Below, in pieces: positions 38,516-52,975 of a DNA stretch of 64,000 bases (its first letter is position 1; each line of letters opens with the position of its first letter). Source of the DNA: Octopus sinensis (taxonomy: Eukaryota); NCBI RefSeq assembly GCF_006345805.1, contig NC_042997.1:73842001-73906000 (forward strand), read 5' to 3'. The notes under the pieces are model-generated. The model made no database searches, was not told where the DNA came from, and was given only the letters and a program-made list of their open reading frames with translations. A program made the translations under genes and the position numbers.

Positions 38516-39013
38516 ATTAGACAAAATGAGATAACAAAACCAAGGGTGTGAGGAGTTTCAGGATACTTAAAAGGAAAAAAATATAGATATAGTTTTACAG
38601 CTGTTTCTGGGATATTATGGATATCCCTTCATTAGAGACGATGTGAAATGGTTAAATAGAGGTAAGTATTTGAGTTCAAAATAAGGAATTATTATGGAAA
38701 AGGAGGAGATAAGGAATATAGGGGGAAATGAGGGAATGAAAGTAGAAATAAAAATACAAAATATATAAAGATATTATAGTTTCAGGAAAGTGGTATACAG
38801 AAGTGGTAAGAAAATTTCCACTTCTCTTTTTCTATAATAATTCCTTATTTGGAACTCAAATATTTACCTCTATTTAACCATCTCACATCGTCTCTGATGA
38901 AGGGATAGCCATAATACCCCAGAAATAGCTGTAAGACTATATCTATATATTTTCCTTATAAATGTTCTGAAAACTCCCCACAGCCTTGGCTTTGTTATCT
39001 CAGTTTGTCTAAT
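38516..39013. mobile_element. Fold-back PLE remnant, ~190-bp arms with hammerheads
   Basis: Plus 38890-38937: GTCT-CTGATGA-AGGGA..CCCCA-GAAATAGCTGTA-AGAC. Minus 38593-38640: CTAATGA..GAAACAGCTGTA (palindromic ACAGCTGT). Confidence 0.85.
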
Positions 39014-39153
39014 ATATATATATGCATGCTAATACAAGACTCACATTAGACTCTTCTTTCGTATAACTATAGAACCAAGAATTTAATTACGGTCTGTCCA
39101 TAGCACTTACTTAGCCTTACCTGCCACTCTTTAAATCTTCTAGATACCAATAC

Positions 39154-39275
<122 letters not shown>

Positions 39276-39309
39276 ATCATATATGTATGTATATATATAT
39301 GTATATATA

Positions 39310-39510
39310 TTCTTTTCTTTTACTTGTTTAATCATTTGACTGCGGTCATGCTGGTGCACCAACTTTAGTCGAACAAATCAACCCTAGAACTTATTCTTTG
39401 TAAACCTAGGCTTATCTAATCGGTCTCTTTTGCTGAACCGCTAAGTTACGAGTACGTAAACACACCAACATCGGTGTCAAGCAATGGTGGGGGGACAAAC
39501 ACAAACATAC
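39310..39510 (-). mobile_element. SINE 3' segment (same family as 62200-62400)
   Basis: TCATTTGACTGCGGTCATGCTGGTGCACC..TTTAGTCGA..CGGTCTCTTTTGCTGAACCGCTAAGTTACG is the reverse complement of 62250-62380. Confidence 0.8.
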
Positions 39511-40805
39511 AAATACATACATATTTTTTTCTGAATTTGTGTAAATGTGTATAGAATAATATATCAGTTGAATAAAGTTAAAAACTGGTCTGGCTTTCAC
39601 GTTTTTTATTATTGTTATTTTTCTTTCAATTTTACAATGATGAAGTGTGTTAAACATTAATAAAATATTTTGCAATGTTCATAAAGTTCAATTAGTGCTT
39701 TCATACGTTCGTAGTAATCATCAGATTTCAAAATGTATTTAACTGACAGTTGAGTTCTTGACAACTGTAGTAAAATGACTGACTTCTCCCGTATTATATC
39801 TCTTACAAAGCTCCAACAAGCTGAAATTTTCATAGACAGTTTTGACCAATCCGCATGCAGATTAAATGTCACGGTGTGCTGGGTGCTTTGATATTACTGG
39901 CATAGATCCCGCCTTTATTTTAACCAATTAGCTTACGGTTTACTGTAATGGTTTTATAAATGAGTAAACTTAATTGGTTTCGATCGTTTTTATTTCAGTT
40001 GTTAGAAGTCTTCTGTAATTTGTTTATATTATTATGTTAAGATATTTTTTTATCCACATCATTAACTGGTTGTTATATTATTGTTGTCATTTCCGTTCAG
40101 AACAGGTTTGAACATTTTAATAAAACGTTTTTTCTTTTATCATTCTTCCAAGCTCGAATTTGGATAGTTTTTTTCCGTTGGAAAGAAATGTATTATTTTC
40201 GAGGAGGAAGCTGACCGCGTCTGGTATGAAGGTTACAGTAAATCTACTGTAGATCACTATTCTATGTTTCTCGACCCAATATATTATGGCAATACCCAAA
40301 TCATGTGGAATGTTCGTGTATAAGTTTGTTACATCAAAACTAACAATGAATTGGATTCTGCTGTTTTGGGCAGATGTGGCAGGGAATCGATGTCATCCCG
40401 AATGAAACTGGGTTTCAGTTTAAGGTCATTTGGTTGTAGTAGTTTTATGTATTCTCTACCTTATTCCTTTATAGCGTTTCATATTTCTTTTGACTTATGT
40501 ATTTTAGGTAAGTCATAGAAGTAGCTGGATTTCGACTCAAAATTGGTAATATAGTCCATTTCATTAAGAGTACGGGAGTTATAATGTTTTATAATGTTTT
40601 AAGTAAGGGAGTTATAATGTTTTAAGACTAAGTAATTGAGTTTCTTCATGATGCGGTGGTCAATATTTGAGGGTATTTCACGGTAGAACGTTGATCCTTC
40701 AAATGATCTTCAGCTAAATCTAGGTAATATTTTATACCATTATAACAATGGCACCCCCTTTATCCGCTTGTTTGATGGCAATCGTGTTGTCATTTTTAAG
40801 ATGTA

Positions 40806-42083
40806 CGAGGGACGTTCAATAAGTAATGCCCCTGACCACATGCAGTTGTTTGATCTAGCTGAAATTTTGCATGTGCAATTATTTATATCTCTACAGATTA
40901 AGTGATAAATTACAGCCCTGAACTAATTGTGGTTTCTGATTTACAAGTGTTTGAACTGAGTTAAGTGTGAAATGGAGCCTGTTGAGTGTCGAACAGTGAT
41001 CCGGTTTTTGTATTTGAAAGGACACACACCACGAGAGACTTTTGATGAAATGAAAGTAACTTATGGTGATGATGCCCCATCATATGACCTTGTAAAACGC
41101 TGGCATCCTGAATTCAAACATGGTCGGAACTCTGTGGAAACAGCTCCAGATCTGGTCGCCCCCCTTCTGCCATTTATGAGGTATCTGTCTGTCAAGTTGA
41201 GGCTGCCATTTTGGAAGATCGACGCATAACTATTCGCCAAATAGCCCATGAGGTCAAGATTAGTACCAGGTCTGTGGAAACTATCATTCATGACCATTTG
41301 CATATGCAAAAGGTGTCTGCCAGATGGATTCCCAGGTTGCTTACACCTTTCCAGAAGCAAGAACGCGTCGAGTGCTTGAGGATGAATTTGGAGATGTGCC
41401 AAGAAGATGAGTCAAATTTTTTCAAAAGTCTGATTACACAGGATGAAACCTGGGTCCATCACTATGATCCAGAGACCAAAGCCCAGTCAATGCAGTGGAA
41501 GCACCGTGACTCACCGCCTCCAAAGAAGGCAAGGGTGCAACCCTCTGCTGGCAAGGTCATGCTCACAGTCTTCTGGGACCAGGACGGAGTAGTGATGACA
41601 GATTTCCTGGCAAAAGGTACCATAATTACAGGAGCCTATTATGCTTCACTTTTGAAGAAATTAAGAGAAGCTATCAAAATCAAGAGGCGGGGCAAGATCA
41701 GCAAAGGCATCTTCCTCCTGCAGGACAACGTTCCGGTCCACAACTCGCGTATCACCAGATCAGAAGCACAGGCGTGCGGCTACGAACTCCTCCCCCATCT
41801 GTCCTTGCACACTCTGATTCTCACCTCTTCCCAGCGATGAAGTTGTTTTTGAAAAGAAAGCGTTTCCCAGATGATGCAGCCTTGATTTCTGAAGTCATGT
41901 CGTGGTTGGAGGACCAAGCTGGGGTCTTCTACAAAAACGGTCCCCAGAGCTGCATCACACGATGGGAGAAATGCGTAACTCTGGGTGGTTCCTATGTAGA
42001 AAAAGATCAATAACTGTGTCACGTTTCGTTGCTCTACTGCTATGGGAAGTGGGTCAGGGGCATTACTTATTGAACGCCCCTCG
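40806..42083 (+). mobile_element. Full-length mariner transposon (1278 bp)
   Basis: 32-bp TIRs CGAGGG(A/G)CGTTCAATAAGTAATGCCCCTGACC with 1 mismatch; TA TSD on both sides. Confidence 0.97.
40972..42013 (+). pseudogene. Mariner transposase with two frameshifts
   Basis: Three overlapping ORFs (40972..41229, 41211..41840, 41774..42013); WIPRLL, TQDETWVH, LQDNVPVH, SDSHLF motifs. Confidence 0.92.
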
Positions 42084-43300
42084 TATAAGGGCCGACTTTT
42101 CTAGTTTTGAAATGTTTGGTCAATGAAAATCTGGAGAGGATATCAATGAACTGATATAGATGTGTATTTCGTCCTTTTGGCGGGTTAAATTTTGATTTAT
42201 TTTTCGCCAAGGATTCCTCATTCTCATTATTTTATCAGTAAAAAGCTCCACAAGTCTTAGTTTCCGACATAAGTTTGGGGTATCTTCCTCCAATTCTTGA
42301 TGGCTGACAGTACGTGTAGGTGTGAATTTTAGTCCTTCCATCAATAAACGAAGTTCGTCACTGTCTATATTTCTTTTTGACAGATTAATAATTTTAGGGC
42401 ATATCCTATCAGTTGTGTTTGGTTAGGTATTTTTTTCCCTCTTGTACCTAGGTATGGGTATATTATTTATATTTTCAGTTTGTGAAAGTATTTTATTTTT
42501 AGTTTATTTGACGATCTAGTATGTTTTTTGTTCTGTTTCTAATAGGTGATTTTTGTTGGAGTCATGAATGTGATTTCTCCCCGGTTTTTCTTCCTCTAAT
42601 ATTTTAATCGAATGAATAATCGTTTTGTTTAATAACCTTTTTATCAAAGGAATGTTTGTTTTGTTTGTGGTATTCTTGTATGTTACGTGTATCGGTATGT
42701 TTCTTTGTATTTTTAAATGATAAAAAGTTCTATCATAGTTCCTTGTGGTTGACTGTGTTTGTTGCCGCGTGTTTTCGTGTATGTTGTGTTGATTAGGTTG
42801 TTTCCTTATATTTCTTTTACGTGGAATTGAGGTGTCATTACCGTAGTTTTTAGCATATTTATCAATGAACAATCGTTTCTTTTGCCATAAATGTCTTGAT
42901 TAACTTCTTTTGTAATATCTTTAATCCACATCTCTTTCATTTTCTCAGCTATGCGTCCCGTGGCTATTTTCGAAAATTTCATCGTCCACTGTTTCGTATT
43001 TTGTCTGGAATCGAGACTCGTTACTTAGATTTATAGAGATGTCTATCTTCAATTTTGACACAGTCAGCGCCTATCTTAATTTTGTTTCTTCCTCCGGTTC
43101 TCCTATAATTTTTTAAATTAAGAATTTACGGGGAAGTATGGGTAAGTCTCACTCAGTTCAATCTTTACGGGGAAGTATGGGTAAGTCTCACTCAGTTCAA
43201 TTATTTTTTGATGCTTAACACACTTCAACATTGAAAAGAAAATTTTTTAATACAATAATAAAAAAACGTAAAAACCAGACCATGTCTTAACTTTATTCAA

Positions 43301-43339
<39 letters not shown>

Positions 43340-43341
<2 letters not shown>

Positions 43342-43515
43342 GACGAGCTTCTTTCAGTTTCCATCTACCAAATTCACTCACATGGCTTTGGTCGGCCAGG
43401 GACTATAGTAGAAGACACTTGCCCAAGTTGCCACGCAGTGGGACTGAACCTGGAACCATATAGTTGGTAAGCAAGCTACTTACCACACAGTCTCCACATA
43501 GCCACTACTGCGCCT
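43340..43515 (-). mobile_element. tRNA-derived SINE
   Basis: GAGCTTCTTTCAGTTTCCATCTACCAAATTCACTCAC..CACTTGCCCAAG..GGGACTGAACCTGGAACC..CTTACCACACAG; partial copy at ~28070-28140. Confidence 0.88.
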
Positions 43516-43609
43516 ATATGTGTGTATATATATATATAAACTTTATTTTATAATCTGTATTTTGTGCTCCATATAAATATCTGTATCAAGCCTCATGAAA
43601 GATAAGAAT

Positions 43610-44190
43610 TTTATGAAACAACACATTCACCATTGCTTACTGTATGAGTTTCGGAAGGAACGTACCGCTACTCAAGTTATGAAACATTTGTGTAGTGTAT
43701 CTGGATGCAGTGTAAGCTCGTTCATATCAGCTGTGGTTTAAAAGGTTTAAAGATGGTGATTGTAACCTATCCAACGAGTTTCGTTCTGGAAGAAGACCCG
43801 CTCTGAATGACGACCTTTTGAATGGATCTACGTCAAAGCATCAGAGATTTGACGCAAAAATTTCATGTTTCATCCACGAACGTCTCAAGCAAATTGGGAA
43901 AGCATGCAAAGATGGAATTTGGGTTCGACGCTTGAGAGCCGAACACAACGTTCCACCATCTGCAGCAGTCTTCTAACCAGGAATAGCAAGCTATCATTTC
44001 TGCAGCGCATTGTTACGGGGAACGAAAAATAAGTTTTGCATCATAACAGAAGACAAAAAAGACAATAGTTATCATGTAATCAGAGGCTAGTACCAACATC
44101 AAAACCAGAACTCCATCCACAAAAATCCTTGCTTTGTGTTTTGGTGGAACATGAAAGGTATCGTCCATTACAGGTACTGGAGCATGGAAG
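43610..44190 (+). mobile_element. Decayed mariner transposase remnant
   Basis: HIHHCLLYEFRKERTATQ..FKDGDCNLSNEFRSGRRP..VFWWNMKGIVHY. Confidence 0.7.
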
Positions 44191-45730
44191 GACAACCAAA
44201 GCCTATGGAAGACACCTGGCTAAATAAATATATATTTACCTCTCCTACCTCCTGACTTTATGTTTTTATATATTCTTCACAGAATAATTTTATTACTTTT
44301 TGGATTTTCGGTTACACGGACACTTTACATGACACTACTTTGTAATTGATTATTACGTGAGCTGATAGACGACACCGTAAGAGGAGCTTACTGTAATAGC
44401 ACATGATTCTCTGAATTTATTATATCTATATCATTTAAATAGATACAGTAGCGTATATAATACCACTTGCTAAAATCAGAGCCAAGGCTCGAAAACCACC
44501 AGAACTGGTGGTTTTAATAAGTATTATTATATACCTTACTGTATCTAAATTTGCCTTATATTGTGCCTGTAATGGTGTGAACCTGCTGGCCACCTTATTA
44601 TTACCTTATTAATATCGCTAATAACGGTAATAATACATCATTTAAAATATATCATTTATATATATGGCACAGAGCTTCCCAAAGGTAGCTATCCATATCT
44701 AAGCATTGTCTAAGCCTAATTAGGTTACCCATGAAGAAAACCAAACAATACCAAAGTAATCCCCCACAAACTATGAATCCACAAACACTTTCCACTCTAC
44801 AAAAATGAAAGACAACCCAGAATAACGAGGCTAAGATGTAAAATATTTGCAATCGAGCATAACATATGTATCTTCTCATTATCAACTGCCCAAACGGGTA
44901 TCACTATGGTTTCGATACTTGGGCTTTACCATTCAATCTAGCAGTGTCCACAACGTTAAAAATATAAACGTTGCCTTGCAATCCACGAGCTAATAACAAG
45001 TTACAACATAAAGGTAAACAAACAGTGATAATTTATAAATTCAAAATAGTATTTATAACAAAGAATTCATTTAAAAAAGGACATTCAGACAATACAATAA
45101 ACATAGAAAACTAGATGCTTTGTTTCTTAACATCACATTATGAACATGATACCACACCCATAACAAGGCTAACGACGATCGGTAGTACAGTACATCTCAT
45201 AAACAAAGCCCTCGAACTATGTACAAAGAAAAGGACAAGCTTAAATCAATATCTATGAAACAAATCCGGTACTACAAAATATATTAATCAAGTTAACGGC
45301 TTATTAAAAGTAAAACAATAAAAAAAAATTAAGATAAAAATAGGAAATAGAATTAAATTAAATTAGAAATTATATATATATAAATTCATATTTATTTATT
45401 CATGTACATACATGTATAATTAAAACTTCTTAACAACAAAGTTATAATCCATTATAAATAAACAGTCAACGAGTTTGTTTGTTGGGAAAAAAATCAAATT
45501 ACACTTAATTATAGAATAAATAAATATATATGTACACTTACAAGCTGTAAACATTGAACATTACTAAAACAAAATTACTACCGAAATAATGCTACCTTTA
45601 GCGAAACCCCACATTTTGCAGAGAAATTAGCTCACGTTCTTAACCCTACGCTGCCAAACACTGAAAGATCGATATCTGTCAACGTGCGGAAGTCAATGCT
45701 GACTACAAATAACATGTATAATATATATAC

Positions 45731-46480
45731 TGGGTGTTCGTGCTACATTTGACAATTTTTTATGTCTCCTTTTTTCTGGAACATTTTTATTTATCTTTGA
45801 AGAGTCACCGGCACTGGAGAGCATAAAGATTAAAGCTGTAGTTGAGAGAAGGTCAGCTGAAAAAGATGACTAGAACTCAACTGAATATTGGGAAACAGTT
45901 ACCTATATCATGATGATTCGCACCGATTGTCAAAATGCCGACATCATGATTGCTGCTCAATGCTCTGTAAACACTGTAAACGCAGTAAGACATGAAAGGG
46001 TCTACAAGGCCTTGACCATCAGAAAAAGACACAGCAGGTGCTTTGACTGCATCCGCTCGCCGGAATTCATCCCGACACCTTTAATCAGGGTATTAGGCTC
46101 AATTCAGACGGTTACGTGAAGCTGCTAGAGACTGGCCAAACCCTCGCTGGAGCGGTTTACTACTAGAAGGCCATGAGTGGCAGCAGGACTCGGCTCCTTG
46201 TCATACCTCCGGAAAGTCTCGGAAATGGTTGTCGGGAAAGTTCTACGATTGCACCAGCCCCAATTTCTGGCCTCATAATTCCCCCGATTGTAATTCCATG
46301 GATTACTATGTGTGACACGCAGTTAAGAAAGACATCAACCGCTCTGCCCGCAACACCAAAGCCAAGTTTTTGAAGATCTTCCCAGAAACACAGTAAAAAA
46401 CACATACGTCAGTTTCCCGAGCCGTGTTGAGGCTGTACTGGAAGCTGAGGACAGTTACTTTGAGTAAATTGTTATCTCCC
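45731..46480 (+). mobile_element. Decayed Tc1/mariner (maT-like) remnant
   Basis: MIAAQCSVNTV..WQQDSAPCHTSGKSRKWL..FWPHNSPDCNSMDYYV. Confidence 0.75.
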
Positions 46481-46721
46481 AGCCATAATCTAGTTGATAT
46501 TTTTTTTTTTTTAAAGATATCTTTGTTTTTATTTTTGGATAGGTGATTGTCTTTTCTTTTCTTTTATGCAAACTGTCAAATTTAGTCCGAACACCTTGTA
46601 TAAGTGTTGCTGTTTCAGAGAAGGAATGATAAACAAAAAGGGTGAGGTTATATATCTTTGTGTTCTCTTGTGTATAAATTTCTTATCTGTTTGATTTATT
46701 ATTCCAAATTTTCTTCGACAG

Positions 46722-46940
46722 GAAAAATTCAAGAGAGAATTTCTTCAGCTCTGCAAAGTATGTTGGAGAAGAAGAACTAAAAGGGACATGATGACGCTTG
46801 AATATTTAGACAGCGTACAGCATACAGGAAAATTCAGCATTGCTGCTAATGGCAACAGAAGCAGGTTGCTCCATGAAAGATCCTGTCAGACTCGCTATAC
46901 TTCTGTTGAAACCGACTATACAGAACAAAGCATGGTATGA
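46722..46940 (+). CDS. Class A neuropeptide GPCR, terminal exon (helix 8 + C-tail, 72 aa)
   Basis: TTTTCTTCGACAG acceptor, phase 0 matching the donor at 15213. EKFKREFLQLCKVCWRRR..TRYTSVETDYTEQSMV*; spliced product NPFIYGLLN|EKFKREF is a typical TM7-H8 junction. AATAAA motifs at ~47080 and ~47165. Confidence 0.9.
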   Translation, partial: EKFKREFLQLCKVCWRRRTKRDMMTLEYLDSVQHTGKFSIAANGNRSRLLHERSCQTRYTSVETDYTEQSMV

Positions 46941-48006
46941 AATGTAATTCAAATGAAAGAAAAGCACACAACTATGAACTGAAAAATATTCGCTAAAAGA
47001 CACCCGATAAAGTATTCGCTACAATACATCTGGACACAAAATTAAACATTTATACTTGTCGTGGCATAATTAGCAAATTGAATTTTATTTAGAATACCTC
47101 AATAATTTGATACGAATAATAAACCTACAAATTGTACAAATAAGTAAAGTAATTACAGCTAAAAATAAACTAATAAGTATGTGATTACAATAAGAATTGG
47201 ATTGGATTAAATTTCAATAAAACAAGATTAATTTAAAGTAAATCATAAAAAAAGAAATAAAAACTTAGAAAAAGAAAGAAATTAGTGGTCGATTAGTACA
47301 ATATTGAATGGTTATACGAATGAACTATTTGACTTCGAAATGGAACGCGAACAACGCAATTTATTCATATATCTAAGAATGCAAGTAACACCTTCATCAC
47401 TGCCCTTTTTATCCAAACATCTGCGCAATAGAAAATCTAGTTCCTAAATCGCTTTCAAATTATTGCAGCAGTTTTTCTGAATTGGCTTTTCTTTAGTTAT
47501 ATAATGAACCAACGCTTAATGATATCAGAGACTAAAAGGTAGGCTATACCTTAAATCTTCAAATACTCGGTCGATGTTCTGTCGTATTTCAGTACATGAT
47601 ACATTATAACTTGTAACTCACTTCATCTGCTTGTTTAATTGATACTTGCGTTAAACTTGCATCCTATCCATGTTCTTCGACACGGCGGGGCTATAACCGA
47701 AAGTAAATAGTATTAACGCATAATTTTCCTAGTTTAATTGCTTCTTATACTGGGTCATGTTCTTTCTTAAATTTCCAATGTGTGATATATTTTATTTTCA
47801 ATTGTTGATTACCTGTTCATGGTCAATGTATTTAGTTGAATTTATTCAGTTATTGAAACTAAAACGTTATACACTTCTGGCGGAATGAAACATTTTCTTC
47901 GTGTACACTCCAGAATATATTTATATGTATATACGTATGCATGTTCCTGTGCCCAAGTATACATATATGCATGCATGAAAATGTATATTTTTGTGTATAT
48001 TGGTGA

Positions 48007-48056
<50 letters not shown>

Positions 48057-48057
48057 A

Positions 48058-48089
<32 letters not shown>

Positions 48090-48379
48090 TTGATTAAAAA
48101 AACAAACAGGTTTCACATTAAGTTCTCCGCCAATTGCATGGCTGGCATGAATGACGATGGTAAGAGGTTCGAGTTAACCTTAGCTCTGAAAACCCAGATG
48201 GTACAATGGTGGAAGGAATTTATATAAAGAGAACAGGTAAGGGACGTGATGTGAGAGAGATGTTTATTCCATACATTTACAGCTGTTTCATAATATCAAT
48301 ACACATATGTTTGTATATGTATGTAACATACATACACAAACATATATAAATAAATATATATGCGTGTGTATACCCATAT

Positions 48380-50547
48380 ACAGAAGGATACAGATATGAG
48401 AACCAATAAAATAATCTTCAAAACGATATATGGTGGTTGAAAATATCAATTTTACTACAAAGAGACCATATCCACAGGCAATAGATGTACTCATCGTGTT
48501 GCTATATGTGATTTACTTTACGGGATCAATGGCTATAGAACAATACATATTAAGAGGTAAAATATATAAATACAGAAAAATATATAAATACAGTAATTTT
48601 TTTTAAAAAACCGAAATAATCGGTAAAAATAAGCTTAAGGCCAAATAATCAGAAAAGTATTAAAATAATAAAATAATTTTGTCATCGAAAGAAGTTGACG
48701 TCGAAGTAAGATGTGGGTACTAAGATAGAAGTAATTTCCAAAGAGAGATAGGTTGACCAGTCTGGTATTAATTTAGGTGATTACCACAATAAATAAATAA
48801 ATGGATAATGAAAAGACATATGGTCAGTAGAAAGAAGAGGATATATAGAGTGAACAAAGTAAGGTTTAAAAGAAAAATCAGTGATAGAAAGGGGTGCATA
48901 AGTTGGACTTTCACACCCTGCTGGTTTTGAGGGACAGCAGCGTATTTTCACGGACAATGATATGGTATCAACTATGAATAATCACAAGCACATTAGCACT
49001 CACTTTCTACATCCAGATATAACCATTTCACATATGTATACAAGCACACAGATACAATATAGTACTAAAACCTAATTTCGAAATAAGGGCATAATCGTAG
49101 AAGATTAATCATTGTTAATTAAACAAAATGAGAGTATAATCATAATCAGTCGTCACAAATCCTAGAACTTATTGCACACAAAAAAGAAATAGGGAGACAA
49201 AATTCATGCATCTATACTGGTTCAGACTCAATCGAAAAACTGCACTGACGCTCGTGTGAGTTAATATATTTTCACTATAATTGCGATTACATAAATTGTA
49301 AATGGAAACAAGATAAAAGTATACGGATAAATAAACAAATAAAAAATAATTCAATCCATAAGGCAAGGTAGATAAGATAACGTAAAATGAGGTGAAAAGA
49401 CGGGTAGGAAATAAAATCTGGAATTAAGCCACAAGCCACATTTAATATAAACTAATGGTAGTATTCAAGCATTAGATTATAAGCTAAGGGTAAATAACTG
49501 TGGAGGCATACGGAGAAGGTATAATAGAACAAAATGGACAAAGTAAAACATATTTATCTAAATATTTATAGTTAGTTGATATATTGTGAAATAAAGGTAT
49601 CCAACAAATCAAAACCCAAACCTAACACTATTTCCTAAGCATAATACTGATCGAAATAGTTCAGCTGGGGATTAAATAAACTAGTTAGGATAAATAAAGG
49701 TAGAAAGGATTAGAAATCTTGAAAAAGTGAAAATGGAGGTTATAGTATCAATGATGGGTTATATTTATGAGGCTTCCATTTATAGTAATGTTACTCGAGT
49801 AACATTAAGCTACTACCTTAAGTTTTGGTATTGTGTAGGAATGAAATTCGACACAAATGCGGTCAATTTATTGTTACATCCCTTTTTTGACTGATTATAT
49901 TCGATTTGCACTTAATTATTTCAAAGGCTTCCGACATGCACAAATTACAAGCAGCATTATTACCTTCATATGTTGTGCTTTGCTTATGATGGACCCCGCA
50001 TTGGTAACCTTTCAAAGGAAACTAGCTTTGTTTCTATCCCTAAAGCTGAAAATATGTTTATAATATCTACATCTAAATTTATTTTAGATAAATGCATTCA
50101 ATTCCTTATGCATGTACGGAACATTTACATACTACATTATTGCTAAGACAATAGCGGTCTAGCAGACACTGGAATTTATTTCTACCATTACAAAGATTAT
50201 TAACTTGATTAGATTGAACTAGTTTAATATGTATATACTGCGAATATTAGATCCAGGTGGGTTGGCGAAATTATTTAATTTGGGGGTTTTAGAAGGGGAT
50301 TGACTGTGTATTTTTCTATTGTTATATCTAGCTAGGCGCTGAGCAACAAAAGGTGATGTGGAATAGGCTAGGTTAGCCGGCTGCTTATCAAATATCTCCT
50401 GTAGGGCTATATGGTGAGAAATCTTTATCCAAGATCTTTTTAAAATTCCGCACCTATATTAGTTGCTAAATTTAATCTGCATGGTAGATCACACCATATT
50501 ATGGATCTCTTTTGTAAGAATATAGGTTTTAAATTTACTCTTATTTC

Positions 50548-50642
<95 letters not shown>

Positions 50643-51460
50643 ACTGTTTTCTTATCATTCACAGTCTTTGAACTGTTATTTATAAATCTAGTTAAGTTGT
50701 TATTATTGACCCCATTACCACTTTTCGGATAAATGCTATTATTATCACTATTATTATATATTATTATTCCTAATGTACTTATTCCTCTTTCCATTATTGT
50801 TCTCATGGTTGTTACTATACTATTATCATTATCAACATTAAATTGATAAATCATCAATGACCTTGAAGATATGCTGGTGTCCTTCAAAACCAGCAGGCTG
50901 TGAAAGTTCAACAACTCATACAATCCTTTCTGTATCTGATCTTTTTTAAACCCTTTATGGCCTCCTCATCCTATGACCATTTTTGCCTTTTATTTATTTA
51001 TTTATTTATTGTGGTAATCACCTAAATTAATACCAGACTGGTCAACCTGTCTCTTTTTCGAAATTAGTTCTACCTTAGTACCCATATCTTACTTCGACGC
51101 CAACTTCTTTGATAAATTTATTTTATCATTTACTTTTACACATTTTTTTTATTATTTCGTATTTCTTTCTTGGTCATTTTTCCCGATTTTTTCGTTTTTT
51201 GTTGTTTTTTTTTTTTGTTTTATTTTACTGCATTTACATACTACTTTTCCCTCTGAATTTGTATTGTACTAGGGCCATTGCTTCCGTATAGTAAATCGCA
51301 TAGGCAACATTCTGAGCATATCTATTGTCTATTGGTGTATATAGAGTGTGCTTACTCTCTGTAGTAATCTTCAGAAATAGAGTTAGTGTTTTCAACCATC
51401 ATAATGCAGACATCAACTCTACTTCTGAAGATTAGACTGCTGGTTCCCATATATGTACCC
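48380..51460 (-). mobile_element. Decayed PLE (second lineage) flanked by ~450-bp diverged inverted repeats
   Basis: Minus ~49830-50540: CNGRNKFQCLLDRYCLSNNVVCKC..YEGNNAACNLCMSE..CRISF (GIY-YIG region). 48380-48825 is inverted at ~50990-51460. Confidence 0.65.
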
Positions 51461-51748
51461 TTTAGTACATGAATATACATACGCATGTATATTTATCTAT
51501 ACATATTTGTATATTCATATTTTATGTGCGTTAATATTGGTAGAACATCTATTATATAACTAACAAGATTATGAAACAGCTGTAGACACATGGTATAAAC
51601 TTCTACTTTCTCATCACTTCTCTTCCCTGTTTTATGTATGTATGTATGTATGTATGTATGTATATATGTATGTATGTATGTATGTATGCATGCATGCATG
51701 CATGTATGTATGTATGTATGTATGTATGTATGTATGTATGTATGTATG

Positions 51749-51779
<31 letters not shown>

Positions 51780-52734
51780 CAGTCCAGCCTATGGCATAAC
51801 TCAGAGCAGACTATAAACATTTGATGTAATAAACATATTTAAACATTCCTACCAAACGTATTGAGTTGTATATTAGATGTTTGCACTATGTAAAATATTT
51901 TGTAGTATGTTTTATACACGCGCGCGCGCACGTACAGATACACACACATTATGCATGTGTGTGTGTTTATTAGTTTATTGAAGTGAATGTCATAAATCTA
52001 CTAAGAATTCCATGTGTTCTATTAGATTCCAAACTGATACCTGAGCCTAAAATTTGTGTTATTCACTGATAATTCAATATTACAAGTTTGTTGACCTACT
52101 GTACAGATGAATAGAATTCTTTGTTATTGTACTCTTTTCTAAGATTATTTTTTCACCTGTTGATATGTTATGCTCCTTTCAATTCTTTGATACATTAATT
52201 TGACAATCTGTATATTAGTTTTATAGCTGTTCATGTAACATTTTAAGTTTAAAATATTGGGTTGCCAGATAAATTCGTTTATTTTCCATCTAATTTAATC
52301 CTTGTTTTTCATCAACAATTTTAGCAAATCAGTCCAAATATATTCTCCTTCATTTCTACAACTTCTTACCAAAGTTTCACTAGCTTGTATACACACGCCT
52401 TAACGGTAGAAATCACAATCTAGACCCAATAATTCACCGAACAGCGTTTTCATTGTTGTTGTTGAACGAAACGCCTCGTAGGTAATCATCTGAAGGTGAT
52501 ATGTCAGGAAAATATGGTGGGAGCGATAGATCTTCCCAAATGAGCACCTAAATGGCATTTTTTGTTAAATTTTCGTGTTTTAAATGCGCGCTGTGTCACC
52601 GGTCGGATTGTTTGGACCTTACTCAGTGAGTGAAGGTGACGAGTGACGAGTGACGGTATCAAGAGAGCATCCCATCTGCAGGGTCAATTCCCTAATGGAT
52701 TGGCGCGGAATCCTCGAGGATAAGCTCATTCAAT

Positions 52735-52975
52735 TAACCCTCATTGAATTGAACCAGTCAGCCGGAATGCGGAAAGTCTGTGAGGTCGAATTTCTCCTGC
52801 TTGAAATGTGAAAACCATTTCTGTGTTGTTCTTTCAGTAATAGTGTCTTCCTGTACAAAACACAAATGTTTGGAACGGCTTTCATAGCTTTGAAGCATTG
52901 ATTCAAAGCGAAAAGAATCAGATGGGAGGTGTTGAATTTTTTTTTTCCTTTTACTTGGCACCCTGTCGTCATATG
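52735..52975 (-). mobile_element. Mariner N-terminal (HTH) fragment
   Basis: EDTITERTTQKWFSHFKQEKFDLTDFPHSG. Confidence 0.65.

Larger units (their letters stand above)
39562..43306 (-). mobile_element. Internally deleted PLE with inverted ends, interrupted by a mariner
   Basis: GLKFTPT..NLCRKLRLVELF (42120..42344), KQADKGGAIVIM (~40760), DLGIAIIYW..FLLENNTF (40117..40299). pLTR 39562-40130 is homologous to 2774-3290, with intact core CTGATGA..GAAA at 39724-39699; inverted arm at ~43200-43306. Confidence 0.85.

Noticed and set aside
48380-51460. Hammerheads in the inverted arms of this PLE
   Set aside because: CTGAAGA and GAAA occur only as parts of a simple hairpin, not in hammerhead order, so this element is not counted in the hammerhead series.
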